Below are positions 10,739 through 19,226 of a stretch of DNA of 32,000 bases, piece after piece. Both the position numbers and the translations under genes were made by a program. Numbering within the stretch: position 1 is the stretch's first letter; the number at the start of each line of letters is the position of its first letter. The stretch comes from an uncultured Actinomycetes bacterium (GTDB taxonomy: Bacteria > Actinomycetota > Actinomycetes > S36-B12 > CAIYMF01), in contig CAWJMG010000001.1 of NCBI GenBank assembly GCA_963843975.1, positions 1,020,001 through 1,052,000 on the forward strand, written 5' to 3'. Below the pieces are notes generated by a model. The model was given only the letters and a program-made list of their open reading frames with translations. It was not told the DNA's origin and ran no database searches.

Positions 10739-10863
10739 GGGCCCAGCACAGCGGTCGCACGCGATCGAGGGCAACCCGATTCCGCGCCACGACGGCGCGA
10801 CCCGGCGGCCGTGGCGTCTGCGCCAAGCGGCCTTCGAACCGCGGGCAGCCTTGCGCCCACCAC

Positions 10864-10883
10864 GTTAGTTAACGTTTACTAAC
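10864..10883. promoter_or_regulatory. AT-rich near-perfect palindrome, putative operator upstream of the acyl-CoA dehydrogenase gene
   Basis: GTTAGTTAACGTTTACTAAC is self-complementary at 18 of 20 positions (arms GTTAGT/ACTAAC, core AACGTT). It lies 28 nt upstream of ATG 10911 in otherwise GC-rich DNA. Confidence 0.5.
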
Positions 10884-10910
10884 ACGGACGCCTGCCCCAG
10901 GAGGAACGCC

Positions 10911-12063
10911 ATGGTCGCCACCCGGCTCGACGACGAGCTCGAGGCGCTGCGCGCGACGGTCGAGGCGTTCGCCCACGACGTCGTCGCGCCGGTCATCGGC
11001 GACCTCTACGAGCGCGGCGAGTTCCCCTACGCGATCGTGAAGCAGATGGGCGAGATGGGCCTGTTCGGCCTGCCCTTCCCCGAGGACGTCGGCGGCATGG
11101 GCGGCGACTACCTCGCCCTGTGCGTCGCACTCGAGGAGCTGGCGCGCGTCGACTCGTCCGTCGCGATCACCCTCGAGGCCGCGGTGTCCCTGGGCGCGAT
11201 GCCGATCCACCGCTTCGGCACCGACGAGCAGAAGGCGCATTGGCTGCCGAAGCTGCGTCACGGGCGAGATGCTCGGCGGCTTCGGCCTCACCGAGCCCGG
11301 CGCCGGGTCGGACGCCGGCGGCACCCGCACGACCGCGCGGCTCGACGGCGACGAGTGGGTCATCAACGGCACCAAGGCGTTCATCACCAACTCCGGCACC
11401 GACATCACCGGCTTCGTCACCGTCACCGCCGTCACCGGCGAGAAGGCCGACGGCCGCAAGGAGATCTCGGCGATCATCGTGCCGAGCGGCACGCCAGGCT
11501 TCACCGTCGCGCCGAAGTACTCCAAGGTCGGATGGCAGTGCTCCGACACCCACGAGCTGTCGTTCACCGAGTGCCGCGTGCCCGCGGCCAACCTGCTCGG
11601 CGAGCGCGGCCGCGGCTACGCGCAGTTCCTGTCGATCCTCGACGAGGGCCGCATCGCGATCGCGGCGCTCGCGACCGGTCTCGCGCAGGGCTGCGTCGAC
11701 GAGTCGGTGGCGTACGCCCGGACGCGCGAAGCGTTCGGCCGCCCGATCGGCGCCAACCAGGCGATCGCGTTCAAGCTCGCCGACATGGAGATGCGCGCGC
11801 ACACCTCGCGCCTCGCCTGGTACGACGCCGCCGCCCGCATGCGCGCGGGTGCGCCGTACAAGAAGCAGGCGGCGATCGCGAAGCTGCACTCGTCCGAGAG
11901 CGCGGTGACCAACGCGCGCGAGGCCACCCAGATCCACGGCGGCTACGGCTTCATGAACGAGTACCCCGTCGCGCGCATGTGGCGCGACTCGAAGATCCTC
12001 GAGATCGGCGAGGGCACGAGCGAGGTCCAGCGCATGCTCATCGCCCGCGAGCTCGGCCTCTAG
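10911..12063 (+). pseudogene. Acyl-CoA dehydrogenase family protein, frameshifted (apparent 1-nt insertion near 11255-11259)
   Basis: The N-terminus MVATRLDDELEALRATVEAFAHDVVAP...GTDEQKAHWLPKL (frame of ORF 10911) continues one base over as (T)GEMLGGFGLTEPGAGSDAGG...ILEIGEGTSEVQRMLIARELGL (ORF 11269-12063). The span is 1153 nt (1 mod 3). GGAGGA Shine-Dalgarno lies before the ATG. Confidence 0.85.
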
Positions 12064-12098
12064 ACCGAGGCCCGATCGGCCCGATCGTCCTGGCCGGC

Positions 12099-13532
12099 CT
12101 AGAGGATCGGCTCGGGGGTGTAGACGGCGGCGTCGGGGCGCTCGGCCATGAGGTGCTCGATCTCGTCGGCGACGGCGGACACCTGGGTGCGGGCGGCGCC
12201 GGTGAACTCGATCGGCTCGGACACGAGCTCGTCGAGCTGCTCGCGAGTGAGGCCGAGGCGCGGGTCGGCGGCGAGGCGGTCGAACAGGTCGTTGCCCTCG
12301 GTGCCCTTCTCCCGCATCTGCAGCGCGACGGCGACGGCGTGCTCCTTGATCGCCTCGTGCGCGACCTCGCGGCCCACGCCGTTCTTCACCGCGGCGATGA
12401 GCACCTTGGTCGTGGCGAGGAACGGCAGGTAGCGGCGCAGCTCGCGCTCGGCCACGGCCGGGAACGCGCCGAACTCGTCGAGCACGGTCAGGAACGTCTC
12501 GAGCAGACCGTCGATGGCGAAGAACGCGTCCGGCAGGGCGACGCGGCGTACGACGGAGCAGAAGACGTCACCCTCGTTCCACTGCGCGCCCGACAGCTCT
12601 CCGACCATCGACGCGTAGCCGCGCAGGATCACGGCGAAGCCGTTGATGCGCTCGCACGAGCGCGAGTTCATCTTGTGCGGCATGGCCGACGAGCCGACCT
12701 GGCCGGGCTTGAAACCCTCGGTCACGAGCTCGTTGCCGGCCATGAGGCGCACGGTCGTCGCGAACGACGACGGGCCTGCGGCGAGCTGGACGAGCGCCGT
12801 CACGACGTCCCAGTCGAGCGAGCGCGGGTAGACCTGGCCGACGCTGGTGAAGACGTGGTTGAAGCCGAGGTGCGCGGCGACGCGGTCCTCGAGCTCGTCG
12901 AGCTTGCTCGTGTCGCCGTCGAGGAGGTCGAGCATGTCCTGCGCGGTGCCGACCGGGCCCTTGATGCCGCGCAGCGGGTAGCGGCCGATGAGCTCCTCGA
13001 CGCGGCGGTGCGCCACGAGCATCTCGTCGGCGGCGCTCGCGAAGCGCTTGCCGAGCGTGGTCATCTGCGCCGCGACGTTGTGCGAGCGGCCCGCGATGGC
13101 GAGGTCCTCATAGTCGATCGCGTGGTTGGCGAGACGGGCGAGCACGGCGACGGTCTTGTCGCGCACGATCTCCAGCGACCGCAGGATCTGCAGCTGCTCG
13201 ACGTTCTCGGTGAGGTCGCGCGAGGTCATGCCCTTGTGCACGTGCTCGTGGCCGGCGAGCGCCGAGAACTCCTCGATACGCGCCTTCACGTCGTGCCGCG
13301 TGACCTTCTCGCGGTCGCGGATGGAGTCGAGGTCGACCTGGTCGACGACCGCCTCGTACGCCTCGACGACGCCGTCCGGCACGTCGATGCCGAGGTCGCG
13401 CTGGGCCTTGAGGACGGCGATCCAGAGCTGGCGCTCGAGCACGATCTTGTGCTCGGGCGACCACACCGTGGCCATCGGGGTCGAGGCGTAGCGGGAGGCG
13501 AGGACGTTCGGGATCGCGGGCGTGCTGGGCAT
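12099..13532 (-). CDS. purB: Adenylosuccinate lyase
   Basis: 477 aa, reading NVLASRYAS..MATVWSPEHKIVLERQLWIAVLKAQ...GSSAMPHKMNSRSCERI, which includes the fumarate-lyase signature SSxMPxKxN. Confidence 0.97.
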   Translation of the reverse strand: MPSTPAIPNVLASRYASTPMATVWSPEHKIVLERQLWIAVLKAQRDLGIDVPDGVVEAYEAVVDQVDLDSIRDREKVTRHDVKARIEEFSALAGHEHVHKGMTSRDLTENVEQLQILRSLEIVRDKTVAVLARLANHAIDYEDLAIAGRSHNVAAQMTTLGKRFASAADEMLVAHRRVEELIGRYPLRGIKGPVGTAQDMLDLLDGDTSKLDELEDRVAAHLGFNHVFTSVGQVYPRSLDWDVVTALVQLAAGPSSFATTVRLMAGNELVTEGFKPGQVGSSAMPHKMNSRSCERINGFAVILRGYASMVGELSGAQWNEGDVFCSVVRRVALPDAFFAIDGLLETFLTVLDEFGAFPAVAERELRRYLPFLATTKVLIAAVKNGVGREVAHEAIKEHAVAVALQMREKGTEGNDLFDRLAADPRLGLTREQLDELVSEPIEFTGAARTQVSAVADEIEHLMAERPDAAVYTPEPIL

Positions 13533-13660
13533 GCGGCGGCCTTCAGGTCGAGGCGGGCGGTACGCCCCATCCTCTCAGGTCACCGCCGTACGCCGGAATC
13601 GCCCGCACGAGCCGGCCGTGACGCCTTCGAGCACCTCTAGTGATGGCGTGGCCTCTCGAG

Positions 13661-16060
13661 TCAGGCAACGCCGCCCTCGCGCGGTTTGAAGAAGCTGACC
13701 CATACCTCGTGGCCCGCGTCCGTGGCTGTCCCTGTGCACAGCTCCGGCGCGAGCCCGGGCGGCAGCTCCACCACGACCGGCGTGGACGAGCCCGGCAACG
13801 TCACTGCCACCTTGTCCGCCTGGCCGACCGTGCCGGAGTCGCAGCGGAACTTCGCCACGACGAACACAGCCGCGTTCGACTCGTCGACGCCCACCGAGAC
13901 CCCGCGGGCGACGTTGGGGAACCCGTAGTCGCCCGGCGTGTACGTGAGGCCCGGTGCCGGGTCGGCACCGACCAGCAGCGTCGCGGACGGGAAGCCGTCG
14001 ACGGTGCAGGAGACGCCGGGGTTGCGGGCGTAGACCTCGAGTGCGAACGACCGCTCGCCCGTCGCGCCGCCCGTCGAGTCCACGGCCGGGACGATCTTCA
14101 CCTGGTCGGGGGTGCAGGGCCGGGCGCTGACCGGCGTGGCCGATGGCCCCGGAACGGTCCCTCCGCGCGGGAAGCCGAAGGCCTGCAGCACAGCCTGGGT
14201 CTGCTCGACCGTCAAGAATGCCGTCTGCGTTCCTGGGGAACCGCCACAGGCGGGGCAGGTGGGCAGGCCCACAACCGCTTCGGCGCCATCCCGACCGTCG
14301 GACCAGAACATCGCGAGGGTTCCGGCGTAGACCCCGGGGTACGACGCTCGCGTGGTCGCGGCCCAGTAAGCAAGGCACGACACCGCGGGGCAGGGCACGC
14401 TGAGGCGGTAGTTGCTGGCGCAGGTCGTGGTCGTGGTCGTGCAGACGACCGCGTCGGTGACATCACACGTGGCCGAGGTGCAGCCCGCGAGAACCGTCCC
14501 TGCCACATCGATCCGCTCGGCTCCGAGCCCTACGCGTGAGCCCTGGTACGGCGTGAGCGAAAGGGTCGCCGTCGTCCCGACCTTACGGTTGAGATCGACT
14601 GTGTAGGTCCGGGTCGCGTTCAGCCTCGGCTCGTTTTCGACCATGCTGACAACCCGGAATCCGTAGCCCTCGAGCAGCGCTGTCACCGGGTCGTCTGACG
14701 ACGGCGTCGGCGTCGGCGTCGGCGTGACGGACGGCGACGGACCGACGAACACGTCGGGTCGGCCTACTGCCGCCGCGAGGGCGATGCCCTGGTCCTTGGT
14801 CAGGATCGGGGTGTCACCGGTGACGATCGGCTCGCAGGTGAGGCACTCCGGCACGCCGACGAGCACCTCGACCGCGGTGCCGCCGGTCCAGCGCGCCATC
14901 GCCATCCCGTCCGCTGCCGCAAGCACGGGGTTGGCCTTCGGGTCGGCCGTCGCCCAGTAGGTGGTCATGCAGATCGCGCCCTGGGCGCAGTCTGGATCGA
15001 AGACCTGGACGTCGCTGCAGGCGTTGCCGGTGCAGTACTCCAGGTAGCTGCCCGACGGGTATCCCGGCCCGCTCGGTGTCGAGAACGTCGAGACGATGAC
15101 GGACGCCGTGTACGAGCCGACGCCGTTGGTCGGCACCGAGACGGTGTACTCGATCCGCGTCCGGCCGTCGTCCACCAGGGCGGTCGATAGATGCGCCTCC
15201 GCCACGGTGAACCCGAGCTTGTTCAGGTAGGGCTCCACGATCGCGCGCTGCGCCGCGACGAAGGAGGCGTCGGGCCCCGGCCCGGGCGGCCCGGTGAGGG
15301 GGTTGCCGAGCGCGCTGAGGAACTCCGACGCAATGACGCCCTGCATGACGACCGGGTCGAAGCCGGAGGCGGGCGAAGTGGTCGACCGCGGCTCGGGATA
15401 GACGACCATCTCGAGCAGGCCCTGGGGGTACTGCCGGTCGATGATGACCGTCCCCTCGGGGAAGGCGGCGTCGGGCCCGGCCGTCGCGGCCAGGTCGACC
15501 GGCCCGCCGACGACCGAGGTCGGACCCTGCTCGGGGCACGCGGACTTCGTGCAGCGCACCAGCGCCGGCCCCGGCGCCGATCCGCCCGGGATCCACTGCA
15601 AGGTCAGACGCCCGGTGGTCGTGGAGCCTGGCACGAGCTCGACCGTGCGGTCGCTCCCGTTCATGGTCACGCTGACAGGCACAAGGGTGAGGTCGGCGAG
15701 GAAGCCATCGGCCGCCGAGCCGTCGACGCGCGACTGCTCCCAGTCGACGACCGCGGTGATGCGGTCGAGGAGCGCCGGCGTGATGTTGTCGAACCAGGCC
15801 TGCGGAACGCCTGGCACGGTCGGCGGCGTGCCGCCAGGCTGCACCACGGCCGCCTGCGGACGCAGTGGGCCGAAGACGCCGAAGACCATGACCGCCGCGG
15901 CGGCGAGGCCGATGCCGGCACCCGCGCGGGTACGGCGTCGGCGCTGCAGCGCGCGGCCGCGGCTCACGTCGTCGGAGACCGACCACGGCGCCGCCGGCTC
16001 GTCGGCGAGCAACGTGCCGAACGCGGCATGCAGGTCGCGGCCCTCGTCGAGGTCACTCAT
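13661..16060 (-). CDS. Membrane protein, putative anti-sigma factor partner, with tandem Cys-rich extracytoplasmic modules and a C-terminal DUF4232-like domain
   Basis: 799 aa. Its start overlaps the ECF sigma stop by 8 nt. The short cytoplasmic N-terminus is followed by RRRRTRAGAGIGLAAAAVMVFGVFG (TM helix). Repeated modules span aa 270-436 and 455-632. The C-terminus C..D..V......GATGERSFALEVYARNPGVSCTVDGFP resembles DUF4232. Confidence 0.85.
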   Translation of the reverse strand: MSDLDEGRDLHAAFGTLLADEPAAPWSVSDDVSRGRALQRRRRTRAGAGIGLAAAAVMVFGVFGPLRPQAAVVQPGGTPPTVPGVPQAWFDNITPALLDRITAVVDWEQSRVDGSAADGFLADLTLVPVSVTMNGSDRTVELVPGSTTTGRLTLQWIPGGSAPGPALVRCTKSACPEQGPTSVVGGPVDLAATAGPDAAFPEGTVIIDRQYPQGLLEMVVYPEPRSTTSPASGFDPVVMQGVIASEFLSALGNPLTGPPGPGPDASFVAAQRAIVEPYLNKLGFTVAEAHLSTALVDDGRTRIEYTVSVPTNGVGSYTASVIVSTFSTPSGPGYPSGSYLEYCTGNACSDVQVFDPDCAQGAICMTTYWATADPKANPVLAAADGMAMARWTGGTAVEVLVGVPECLTCEPIVTGDTPILTKDQGIALAAAVGRPDVFVGPSPSVTPTPTPTPSSDDPVTALLEGYGFRVVSMVENEPRLNATRTYTVDLNRKVGTTATLSLTPYQGSRVGLGAERIDVAGTVLAGCTSATCDVTDAVVCTTTTTTCASNYRLSVPCPAVSCLAYWAATTRASYPGVYAGTLAMFWSDGRDGAEAVVGLPTCPACGGSPGTQTAFLTVEQTQAVLQAFGFPRGGTVPGPSATPVSARPCTPDQVKIVPAVDSTGGATGERSFALEVYARNPGVSCTVDGFPSATLLVGADPAPGLTYTPGDYGFPNVARGVSVGVDESNAAVFVVAKFRCDSGTVGQADKVAVTLPGSSTPVVVELPPGLAPELCTGTATDAGHEVWVSFFKPREGGVA

Positions 16061-16574
16061 GGTCCACCTCCACGGTGGTCAGCACCTGGCGCAGGTGCGC
16101 GAGGCCGCGGGCGGCCTGGCTCTTCACGTTGCCGGTCGAGGTGCCGAGGGTCTCGGCGGTCTCCTCGATCGAGAGGTCGTCCCAGTAGCGCAGGACGACG
16201 ATGGCGCGCTGGCTCGGCCCGAGCTGCGCGAGCGCCTGGAGCAGCGAGTCGCGCGAGTCCGCGGTGGTCGTGGGGTCGGCGTACGCCGTGTCGGGCACGG
16301 TGTCGGTCGAGCGCTCACGACGCCACGGGCGCCGCCCTTCGGCGAGGAACGCGTTGACGACCGTGCGGCGGGCGTACGCGTCGACCGAGCCGGCCCGGGA
16401 GGCCCGGCGCCAGTGGACGTAGAGCCGCGCGAGGGCGTCCTGGACGACGTCCTCTGCACGGTCCCAGTCGCCGCAGAGCAGGTACGCCGTGCGGCGCAGC
16501 GACGTACGACGGGCAGCGACGTACTGCTCGAAGTCCGGCGGACCCGCAGTGCCGCTCACGTCTCCCCCGATCAT
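16053..16574 (-). CDS. SigE-family (ECF) RNA polymerase sigma-70 factor
   Basis: 173 aa. Region 2 reads RTAYLLCGDWDRAEDVVQDALARLYVHW and region 4 reads QRAIVVLRYWDDLSIEETAETLGTSTGNVKSQAARGLAHLR. Confidence 0.92.
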   Translation of the reverse strand: MIGGDVSGTAGPPDFEQYVAARRTSLRRTAYLLCGDWDRAEDVVQDALARLYVHWRRASRAGSVDAYARRTVVNAFLAEGRRPWRRERSTDTVPDTAYADPTTTADSRDSLLQALAQLGPSQRAIVVLRYWDDLSIEETAETLGTSTGNVKSQAARGLAHLRQVLTTVEVDHE

Positions 16575-16643
16575 CGGCCGTCACCCAGTAGATGCGGCCG
16601 CCTGCCCCGGAGGTTGCATCGAACCCCGGAGTGCTTGCCAGGG

Positions 16644-19100
16644 TCAGGCGACGGGGAGCCAGACGAGGCGGAAGTCGGTGACGGCGACGTCGGACTTCGA
16701 CAGCGGCACGGCCTTGGTCTCGATCGCGGACGCCGTGGCCTTCCACTGGTCGTCGAGCGCCACGATCTCCACTTTCAGGCGTGCCTCGAGCTCTGCGTAC
16801 GAACGCGACGCGGCGTCGGCCTTGGCGGCGGTCGAGCCGAGCTTGGCCGAGGCCGTGGCCTCCTTGCGCGCCTGCGACGTGATCGACGAGCGGCTGCGGC
16901 GGCCTCCGAGGAGGCTGCCGAGCGCGGAGGTGACGGTGGCGGCCATGCCGAAGTTGGCGTCGTACTCGGCCTGGGCGCTCTGCGCCGCGATCTGCGCGTC
17001 GGTGATCTTCAGCCGTGCGGCGTCGAGCTTGGTCGCGTACTTCGTGCGCAGCGCGGTCATGGCCTTGTCGGCCTGCTCGCCGGCCCGGGCCTCGCAGCGG
17101 GTGATGAAGTCGGCCTGCGTCTCACCGACACGCGAGTACGCCTTGAGCGCCTTGTTGACGTAGATCTCCTCGGTGCGCGTGCGCACGAGCTGGTCGACGA
17201 GCGCCTTCTGCAGGGCGGTCCAGTACGGCTTCTTCGACACCTCTCCCGGCAGCAGCCCGTAGACCGAGCCGAGCGGCGGCGTGGTGACGAGGTCGCGGTC
17301 GTCGTAGTCGACGTCGGTGAAGACGGCAGACGCAGGCACCTGCGGCAGAGCGGTGCAGACCGCCTCGTACTCCTGGTCGTGCACGTAGCTGGCGGGCACG
17401 TCGTCGTACCTCAGCTGCACGCGCGCGACGGCGCCGGCGCGAAGGTGCTGACCGCCGGGCGCCAGACCGACCGAGGCGAGCCACGGCGTGGCCGGGTCGA
17501 GGAACGACACCGGGACACCGGCCGGCACCGACGGCATCACGGGCGACTCGTCGGCACCCGCGGTGGCCGGGGTCGACGTGCCGACGATGGGCGGTGCAGC
17601 CGCAGGAGGAGCTGCGGCAGCCGGTACGGCGGCTGCTTCCGGAGCGGCGACCGGTGCGGCGGGGGCTGCCGGATCAGCGGGCGCAGCGGCGGGAGCCGGT
17701 GCGGCTGAAGGCGCCAGCGCGGCGGTCGGGCCCTCCATGGCCTTGCCGATCTGGTCGCGCGTCAGCGGGCCGCGCAGGTAGCTCATGGCCCAGCGCGTGG
17801 TCATGACCTCCGGGGCGTCCTTGCCCGCGCGCTTGAGCAGGAACTGGCGCTTGCCGAGGTTGCTGATCGTGTCGCTGACGGCCTTGACGTCCACGCTGCC
17901 CGCCGCGTTCGAGAGGCCGTCGACGAGGCGGTTCTTGTCCTGCTCGGTCTGCAGCCGGCCGATGAGCCAGGTGCCGGCGTTCGACAGCGCCTTGTAGTCG
18001 ACGTCGACCGGGTTCTGGGTCGACAGCACGACGCCGAGTCCGAACGCGCGGGCCTGCTTGAGCAGCAGCATGATCGGCTTCTTCGTCGGCGGGTTCGCCG
18101 TCGGCGGGAGGTAGCCGGCCACCTCGTCCATGTAGAGCAGCGCGCGCAGGTCGCTCGTGCCGCTCTGACGGCGCATCCACGTGACGAGCTTGGCGAGCAC
18201 GAGCGAGGTCACCGACTGGCGCTGGGCGTCGTCGAGGTGGGCGGTCGTGACGATGGCGCAACGCGGGCGGCCGTCAGGCGTGCGCAGCATCGCGTCGATG
18301 TCGATCGGGTCGCCCGTCAGCCAGGTGGCGAACGACGGCGAGGCCAGCAGGCCGTTGATCTTCATGGCGAACGCCATGCGGTCGGCCGGCGGGAAGAACG
18401 CGTCGAGCTCGAGGAAGCCCAGCTTGCGCATCGGCGGCTGCTGCACCTGCGCCAGCAGCATGCCGAGGTCGAGGTTCTGCCCCCGCGACCAGGCATTCTG
18501 GATGATGTTGGCGAGCAGGATGTGCTCGCGTGATGAGAGCGGGTCGCCGGAGACGCCGATCATGCCGAGCAGGCTGGTGACGTAGCCGTCGATCTCGTCG
18601 CTCATCACCTCGGAGTCGGTGCCCGCGGGCGGTGCGTCGAGCGAGCCGACGATGTTGAGCGGCGTACCAGCGCCCGAGCCCGGCGTGTAGATGGTGAAGT
18701 CGACCTTCTCGCGCAAGGCTGCGAGGCGGTCCGCCGCGATCCCCCAGCCGCCGAGGCCGTCGCGCCACGCGCCGGCCTGCTGCTCGGCGAACGCGTCGAG
18801 GTCGAGGCCGGCCTTCTGCGCGTCGCTGTCGTTGACCCACGGCCGGAAGTCGCTGCCGAGCAGCTCCGGGAAGATCAGGCACAGGTTCGTGAGGTCGCCC
18901 TTCGGATCGATGAGGATCGCGGGCACGCCGGCCGAGAGCGCCTCCTCGATCAGGACGACGCCGAGGCCGGTCTTGCCCGAGCCCGTCATGCCGACGATCA
19001 CGCCGTGGGTGGTGAGGTCGGACGTCTGGACGCTCGCGGTGTCGGCGGTGCGCTCCCCCGTGGCGGGGTCGATGCGGCCTCCGAGCAGAAGATCAGCCAT
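16644..19100 (-). CDS. HerA-like / DUF87-DUF853-type P-loop ATPase with a long uncharacterised C-terminal extension
   Basis: 818 aa. It has Walker A GMTGSGKTG (aa 37-45), Walker B ALLYMDEVAGYL, and STQNPVDVDYKALSNAGTWLIGRLQ. An Ala/Pro-rich linker (about aa 465-520) precedes roughly 300 aa with no motif I recognise, ending in predicted coiled-coil-like sequence. Confidence 0.85.
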   Translation of the reverse strand: MADLLLGGRIDPATGERTADTASVQTSDLTTHGVIVGMTGSGKTGLGVVLIEEALSAGVPAILIDPKGDLTNLCLIFPELLGSDFRPWVNDSDAQKAGLDLDAFAEQQAGAWRDGLGGWGIAADRLAALREKVDFTIYTPGSGAGTPLNIVGSLDAPPAGTDSEVMSDEIDGYVTSLLGMIGVSGDPLSSREHILLANIIQNAWSRGQNLDLGMLLAQVQQPPMRKLGFLELDAFFPPADRMAFAMKINGLLASPSFATWLTGDPIDIDAMLRTPDGRPRCAIVTTAHLDDAQRQSVTSLVLAKLVTWMRRQSGTSDLRALLYMDEVAGYLPPTANPPTKKPIMLLLKQARAFGLGVVLSTQNPVDVDYKALSNAGTWLIGRLQTEQDKNRLVDGLSNAAGSVDVKAVSDTISNLGKRQFLLKRAGKDAPEVMTTRWAMSYLRGPLTRDQIGKAMEGPTAALAPSAAPAPAAAPADPAAPAAPVAAPEAAAVPAAAAPPAAAPPIVGTSTPATAGADESPVMPSVPAGVPVSFLDPATPWLASVGLAPGGQHLRAGAVARVQLRYDDVPASYVHDQEYEAVCTALPQVPASAVFTDVDYDDRDLVTTPPLGSVYGLLPGEVSKKPYWTALQKALVDQLVRTRTEEIYVNKALKAYSRVGETQADFITRCEARAGEQADKAMTALRTKYATKLDAARLKITDAQIAAQSAQAEYDANFGMAATVTSALGSLLGGRRSRSSITSQARKEATASAKLGSTAAKADAASRSYAELEARLKVEIVALDDQWKATASAIETKAVPLSKSDVAVTDFRLVWLPVA

Positions 19101-19169
19101 GCGTCGCAGCGTAGGACCCGCACGTGACCGGGGCGTGCCGAACCCCGTCGCGGGCCGCCGTCCGGGGCC

Positions 19170-19219
19170 GCTCTGGATGCCTGAGAGGCCTGGAGAGAGG
19201 CCGTACAGGCATCCAGAGC
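19170..19219 (-). terminator. Long hairpin downstream of the decarboxylase gene
   Basis: GCTCTGGATGCCTG (19170-19183) and CAGGCATCCAGAGC (19206-19219) are exact reverse complements. The loop contains a second small stem (GAGGCC..GGCC). It begins 8 nt past the stop at 19227. Confidence 0.55.
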
Positions 19220-19226
19220 GGGTAGG

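Noticed and set aside
12064-12098. Convergent-gene gap between the acyl-CoA dehydrogenase gene and purB, examined for a terminator
   Set aside because: It has only short imperfect GGCC/CGATCG self-complementarity, and no stable stem could be drawn with confidence.
10911-13640. 909-aa plus-strand ORF
   Set aside because: Only the first ~115 codons are real (the acyl-CoA dehydrogenase N-terminus). After the frameshift the frame simply stays open, antisense through purB.
15441-17708. 755-aa plus-strand ORF
   Set aside because: It is antisense to the anti-sigma-like gene, the ECF sigma gene and the HerA-like gene, and its sequence is low-complexity and Arg/Gly-rich.
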